A stretch of DNA of 64,000 nt from Macrostomum lignano (Eukaryota), in the NCBI GenBank assembly GCA_002269645.1, contig NIVC01000099.1, positions 496,001-560,000 on the forward strand, written 5' to 3'. Below, one piece after another: positions 58,315 to 64,000 of the stretch (position 1 is the first letter of the stretch; each line of letters begins with the position of its first letter). A model generated the notes under the pieces. That model was not told the DNA's origin, did not search any database, and saw nothing but the letters and a program-made list of their open reading frames with translations. The position numbers were made by a program, and so were the translations under genes.

Positions 58315-58875
58315 GTCAGGTTAGACTGTATCAGGTCAGACTGTGTCAGGTCAGGCTGTGTCAGGTCAGGCTGTGTCAGGTCAGGCTGTGTCAGGTCAGG
58401 CTGTGTCAGGTCAGGCTGTGTCAGGTCAGGCTGTGACAGGTCAGGCTGTGTCGGGTCAGGCTGTGTCAGGTCAGGCTGTGTCAGGTCAGGCTGTGTCAGG
58501 TCAGGCTATGTCAGGTCAGGCTGTGTCAGGTCAGGCTGTGTCAGGTCAGGCTGTGTCAGGTCAGGCTGTGTCAGGTCAGGCTGTGTCAGGTCAGGCTGTG
58601 TCAGGTCAGGCTGTGTCAGGTCAGGCTGTGTCAGGTCAGGCTGTGTCAGGTCAGGCTGTGTCAGGTCAGGCTGTGTCAGGTCAGGCTGTGTCAGGTCAGG
58701 CTGTGTCAGGTCAGGCTGTGTCAGGTCAGGCTGTGTCAGGTCAGGCTATGTCAGGTCAGGCTGTGTCAGGTCAGGCTGTGTCAGGTCAGGCTGTGTCAGG
58801 TCAGGCTGTGTCAGGTCAGGCTGTGTCAAGTCAGGCTGTGTCAGATCAGGCTGTGTCAGTTCAGGCTAATCAGGT
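58315..58875. repeat. 15-bp minisatellite (TGTCAGGTCAGGCTG), ~37 copies
   Basis: Period 15. Confidence 0.97.
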
Positions 58876-58939
58876 CTGAAATTCAAGAGTTTAAGAGTGG
58901 TGATCAGTCACTCAAAAACTCCCACTTCTAGACACTGGG

Positions 58940-59270
58940 GAACAAGTGCCTAGGTATTTACCAGTTCAAATAACTTACTGCGGCGGATCCTCTTGTGGTT
59001 GGTAGACTTCTGGTTCTTGCGGTGTGTGTGACTCTGTCTAACTTGGCTGAGCAGTAGTGACGGCCGATTTGGAGTATTCTTGAGTCCTTGACTTTTATCT
59101 GTGAATCGACCAAAACGAGAGCGAATCAGAATTCTTGTGACGGTCCTCGAGCTCGGAATTAACAATCGAACGTGCGCCCTAATGAACAATTGAATTCTCT
59201 AATTTTCTGTGATAGGTCCTCCTGAAGGGCGGCTTCTTCGTTACGTCCGAAACGTAACGGATAACTCAAC
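58940..59270 (+). mobile_element. Possible highly decayed Penelope-like element 3' fragment
   Basis: A GIYQFK remnant at ~58953 and CCTGAAGGG...CCGAAACGTA at 59221-59256, which resembles PLE terminal hammerhead-like motifs. No intact ORF. Confidence 0.25.
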
Positions 59271-61094
59271 TAAATCAATAAATCCTCTAGGAATATATCC
59301 TAGGAAACAAGGAGGCCTTTCTCAACTGTGTCGACAATAAACAGCTCTCGTAAACTGAATGAATCAACTTATTAACGCTAACAATAAAAGAACTGAAACT
59401 GGTAAACGCTTACCAATTGGACAGGTGTGGTCCCTCAAAGATTGGTCTTCTTGTTTCTTCGGAGTCTTCTTAGAGACCGCTCTGAGTCTGAATTGTTTAC
59501 TCGAATTTTCACTTATATTTATAGCAAAATTTTGGAGAAAAATCGGTTTGGGATTGGGTATTTACTTAGGTAAAAAATGTTTGATTAAGCGGTCATGCAT
59601 GTTTGAGCATTACCATTTAAGAAGTTAAACAAATACAGCTGTTGAAATCCGGTTCCTTGATCAAACAATGTAGGGTTCTAAATCATTCTGTTTGCGCGTG
59701 ATTCCTAAAATAGATATGACTCATTTTGAAAGAAATTGACTTTCTTAGAATATTACTTTAAGTAGAGCATTACGGTATGGTTTAATAACTCTCTACAAAA
59801 TTTTAGAGTTCAGTAGAGTCACAACTTTGCATGGAAATGCATGGTTGATCGTCTAACATCCGTCGGGCACAGCATGATAACAATGCTACCTGCCAATTGC
59901 TGCTAGAAGTTGAAACATAGTGCGTCTTTGAAGCGTGTTTTTGGTAAATTAGGGATGGAACGACAGTCGACCCACAGCCAGTCAGTCAAGCAATCTAACC
60001 CTAGGCACACGGATAAGCACGCAGGGTGTACACCAGGCCAGAATTTTTCATAGTCATAAATAGATAGTTTTGGAGGTAGTCACAACACGGCAGTCTGTAC
60101 CACAAATGAGGAGTGCTGGGTATGCTTCCAGTCAGCATATCCGTGGTCATCAGTGTCGTGGGTTGTGTAAAGGATCGGAGGTCTCTGTCTGGAAAAAAAT
60201 TAACGGCAAACGATAACTGTCAGTAATAATCGTAATAATGAGCTGACACTGCCGCAGCCAAACAGGTACCGCTTGATTGATGACTGGGAATAAAACAGCC
60301 TTTGCCCTGGCTGCCAGAGGTCTGCAATTCTGCCAACACCCGATAGAGAAAAAGTTAGCAAACAATCCAGCTGCCCAGGCCAGCTAAAACTGGCTGACTG
60401 TGCGGCCTTCCAGACGCCTAGCTCTGTGTCCTCTACCTAAGGGCATTTTAAACAGCAGCCCCTCTGCAATTGCTTCCACGCTATCGGAAATTATGCCATT
60501 ATATAATTGATGCAATGCCGTGCGATGCAGTCTAAAAAAGTAGCTCTTGGCTGCAGAGAGGAGGTCGAGGTTGTTATAGCAATGGTTCCATGTCTGAAGC
60601 CTCTGTATAAGCACTCTAGGAAATCCGCTGAACATTTCTAATTTAAGTTGTTAGCCTGCGGAATCCATTTACGCAAACAATGATCACTAGCTGCAAGCTG
60701 GCTGCTCAGGTAGTTGCATGCAACGGTGTACGAAGCCGGCTAGAATACTACTGTGCATTACAAATTGTTATTTATATTGAGTGAACGTCTCTGTGCCTCT
60801 GAGGAGTTTCTGACAATGCAAGTCAGGAAATCCAAAATCAGTAAAAAACAGATAACAGGAGTAAAATATATCTATGAGGCTCGTATTTGTAGCGATCTGG
60901 TAGGCAGCAACTGCATGTTAATTCTTTAGATGCAGGGGCGGTCACAGAATTTTCTCGTTTCATCAGGGGTACATTACAGGCGACAGTTTTCATTTTAATT
61001 GATTAAAGGTCAAAAGATCAAAATGTCAAAAACCATTTTATAATCTTTCGGGAGGTCAGCGGACCCCCTTGAGCCTCCTAGAGCTGCCTCTGCT

Positions 61095-61489
61095 CAGGGA
61101 CTATTCAATACTCGAGACGGGAAACGACAAAACTGGGAGGCCGATCTATTAATAACTTAGTCGTTGAAAAGCATTACTTGGATAGGTTCCTCCTTGTAGT
61201 CAGCGAGTTTGTCTGTGGTAAAAACCTATCCAATTAATAAATAGGCCTCCAAGTTTTGTCGTTTCCCGTCCCGAGTATTGAGTAGTCCAAGGATTTCTAC
61301 AATTAGCAATCTGGAGTGGAAACGAGTTTTACCTCATGAGACCACGCCAATTGTTAAGATAAGGAGCCAGCACTGAATGTCTATGGCTCTGTCTGACTCT
61401 GTCTATGCTAGTCTGGCCTCGTGAGGTAAAACTGAAAAACTCGTTTCCACTCCAGGTTGCTAATTATAGAACTCCTTGACTAGTCCCTG
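61095..61489. mobile_element. Composite double-hairpin MITE with outer TIRs CAGGGACTA / TAGTCCCTG (hAT-like)
   Basis: Hairpin A is 61098-61288 (~55-bp arms) and hairpin B is ~61281-61489 (~55-bp arms). The 8-bp flanks CCTCTGCT / CCTCTACA match at 6 of 8 positions. Confidence 0.6.
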
Positions 61490-62338
61490 CCTCTACATGT
61501 AAAAAATTGACATGCAACTGCTGACTACTGGATCGCTGCAAATGAGAAGCCGCGCCCGATTGGCTGACCGGCAGAATCAGTAGCTTTCTGACCAGCAACA
61601 CTTGCTGAGTACGGGGCTGATATGGGTGTTTATGAAAATCTATCTATCGGTATAAAAGGGTTTACGCCAAACTCTGTAAAGAAAAAAAACAGGATTGAAC
61701 TGGATAGCGTAGCATCCGCATATTTTAAATACAATCAAACCGATTGCGAGAAAAAAGCAGGCAATGGTGCAGCCATTGTGCACCTTCGCTGGCCCCATTT
61801 GCTGGCTTCTGTCGGCATTCTTGGCTCTGTGCGTCAGCGCCCAGAATATTGGTATGCCTGTGATTGCATCCTATATACTAAAAATGAGTTGTCTGTGGGT
61901 ATGCGATAGATTTCAGAAAAATTGGCTCAACCGATTTTCTTCAAACTTGCACCATTCGATCAGAAATTTTCCTGGGACGGTACATGCATCTTGGCTAAGA
62001 AATTGCTCCATTCTAAAGGGATTAAATATTCGAAAAACATGCTTTTTTGCAAAGGTCAAGCAAAATTTTCGACTTGAAATGCATTGTAAGAATGCTAGAG
62101 AAAAACCTGACTGACTGAATTTCAATTCTGATAAAGATTGCATCACAACAAGTTGAAAACAGTGTCGAAGAAATGCACACACGACTTGATTTAAATTGCG
62201 TAGCCAATATTGCTAACTTGAACTGAGACTGATACTGGCTGACTGAGAAATTGATTATGTCATAACTTTTTACTTTAATTGACTTGCTGTAAGAATTGAA
62301 TTATAAGGGCCACAATTCATGTACTCCAATTGAAAAAA

Positions 62339-62404
62339 GATAGCCTAGATACGAACAGATTGGACTGCCAACGTAACGACCTGGGTTCGAATCTTAGTAG
62401 TGCA
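62339..62404 (+). pseudogene. Degenerate tRNA-like sequence or SINE head (possibly tRNA-Gly GCC derived)
   Basis: TAGCCTAGAT (A box), CTGCCAA loop-like motif and GGTTCGAATC (B box). The cloverleaf stems are poor. Confidence 0.4.
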
Positions 62405-62461
62405 AAATAATTTTTTTTATCAAAACACCTTGAAAACACGAAACTGCTAAACATAAAAAAG

Positions 62462-62705
62462 CACAATGTCAAACATAAAAGAGGCACCATGTCAAACATT
62501 ACATGGGCACCATGTAAAACATATACGTGACTCTATGTCAAACATTCAAGAGCCACCATGTAAAACATAAAAGAGTCACCATTTCGAACATTAAAGAGCC
62601 ACCACGTCGAACATTAAAGTGCCAAAATGTCAAACGTAAAAGAGCCACCATGAAGAACATTAAAGAGCCACCATGCCAAACATAAAAGAGCAACCATGTA
62701 AAATA
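62462..62705. repeat. Degenerate 23-bp repeat (CACCATGTCAAACATTAAAGAGC), ~11 copies
   Basis: Direct reading. Confidence 0.85.
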
Positions 62706-64000
62706 TTAACCCTCGAACGTTGGAGAAAACAATTGTCGGTTTATTATATTTGGGGTCCAATGGACCCCTCTGAGTTGATGCATGTTAACAATGCTTTATT
62801 GATTATTTATTGTTCAAAGCAAAAAACTACCAATACAATGGCGAACGTAATACATTAGTCGCATATTATCAAAAGCATAGCAACTTATTCATGTACTTTC
62901 TAAATGAAATTAAGCAATGAAGCTGAGAGTACTGATTAGTACTAAGTATGTACATGTAGCTGCATCTTCCTCTATAGGGAAACAGCTGTTCGTCTACAGT
63001 AACAGCTTCATTAGGAAAGTAACTCTTCTGTGAGTTCTGGACAAGTCCGTCAAGCAGCAACCTCACAGCGGCAAGCTTATCTAGCTCTTTGCAGTCGCAC
63101 ATTTCGAGTGTCGCGGTTGTCAAGTCGCAGAAATTGGCGAATTAGTCTTGAAGCGCGTCAAAGACATGAAGTTCTTGAAAACCTTTCTTCCGAATTCCTC
63201 ACTCCAGAGCTCATCGATGCTCTCCATGCTTCCTTTGAATACTCCGCGAAGAATGTTTAGGCCAATGAAGGCATTGATTTCCTCTCTGGTAGTTGGATTC
63301 CAAGCATTTCCAAGAACTCTCCTAGCTTCGCGGTTGGTCTCTATCACAATTGTGTCAACCATGTCATTGTCAAAGATGACGTGGAAAGCCGACTCTTCAT
63401 CATGAATGCGTGCTGCAGCGTAAGCTGTGATTCCAGGTCTATTGCGCAAGATGTTGCAGGCTGGCTTCTGTCCAGGACGTGAAGTTTCATGGTGCGCCCA
63501 TACTTGACCACTAGGACTGTGATAACCTCTTTCAACATCACCAGCAGCAGCTGCGGCAGCAACAGGTGATGCTGGCCTTGATGAATCACTAGATGCGTCT
63601 TCAACATCGGGCAAATCAATATCTTGTTCGGCTTCAGCAATATCCGAAAGAGCCTCGTCTTCGTCCGATACTTCAGCGTCAATATGGGCTTCTGGGTGAG
63701 CAACTGGTTGGTTCACAATAACTTTAAGAGCTCTAGACTTAGCAGCTCTTACGATCATCGGTCTAGAAGAAGCCATTTTGCAAATTTTCGCAAATACTTG
63801 CTGAGTAAATGCTTGGTATAGTAGTTTTCTCTATGAATCAGCTGGAAATCGTTCGTTGTAAAGTAGCTATTTTCACAAGATTAGGGCAAGGAGGGTGCTC
63901 CTTATATACCCATCAGCTATATATGGAATATTCTAGAAATATAAAATATTAGAAAGTTTAGAAAATATTGCACCGCCCCAACCGACCTTGTGTGTGTTTC
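62706..64000 (-). mobile_element. Internally deleted, frameshifted piggyBac (PGBD4-like) transposon; other end lies outside the window
   Basis: TTAA at 62706-62709 is followed by CCCTCG (piggyBac end) and the subterminal palindrome GGGGTCCAATGGACCCC. Transposase from ATG 63776: ...IVIETNREA...EEINAFIGL..LWS..MSLTRF, then frameshifts, then DKLAAVR...YFPNEAVTVDEQLFPYRGRC (first catalytic Asp). The rest of the DDD domain is missing. Confidence 0.88.

Noticed and set aside
58137-58879. CVRSG / SGQAV / QVRLC repeat ORFs
   Set aside because: Artefact of the 15-bp minisatellite.
60150-60635. Possible LINE/RT remnant
   Set aside because: No recognisable RT or endonuclease motif in any frame.

Overview
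Animal (eukaryotic) genomic DNA with GC-rich exons and introns packed with minisatellites. The style resembles the flatworm Macrostomum, but that is an inference only. Gene content left to right: a decayed maT/Tc1-mariner transposase; a survivin-like BIR gene (+); a single-exon LRR type I membrane protein (-); fragments of an orphan spliced gene (+); an 11-exon KIAA0825/DUF4495 homolog (+); an 8-exon FCHo gene (F-BAR + mu-homology domain, -); a very large (~3,300 aa) protein (-) in which an ~8 kb single-exon ankyrin array is spliced in frame to a Mab-21/cGAS-like nucleotidyltransferase (cGLR) with an apparently intact catalytic triad; and a broken piggyBac at the right edge. The window also holds about 20 tandem arrays, two tRNA-derived SINE families (one CORE-type) and several hairpin MITEs. 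The most interesting item is the giant ankyrin-cGLR fusion, a candidate innate-immune sensor and cyclic-dinucleotide synthase. All calls are manual readings without database searches or transcript data.
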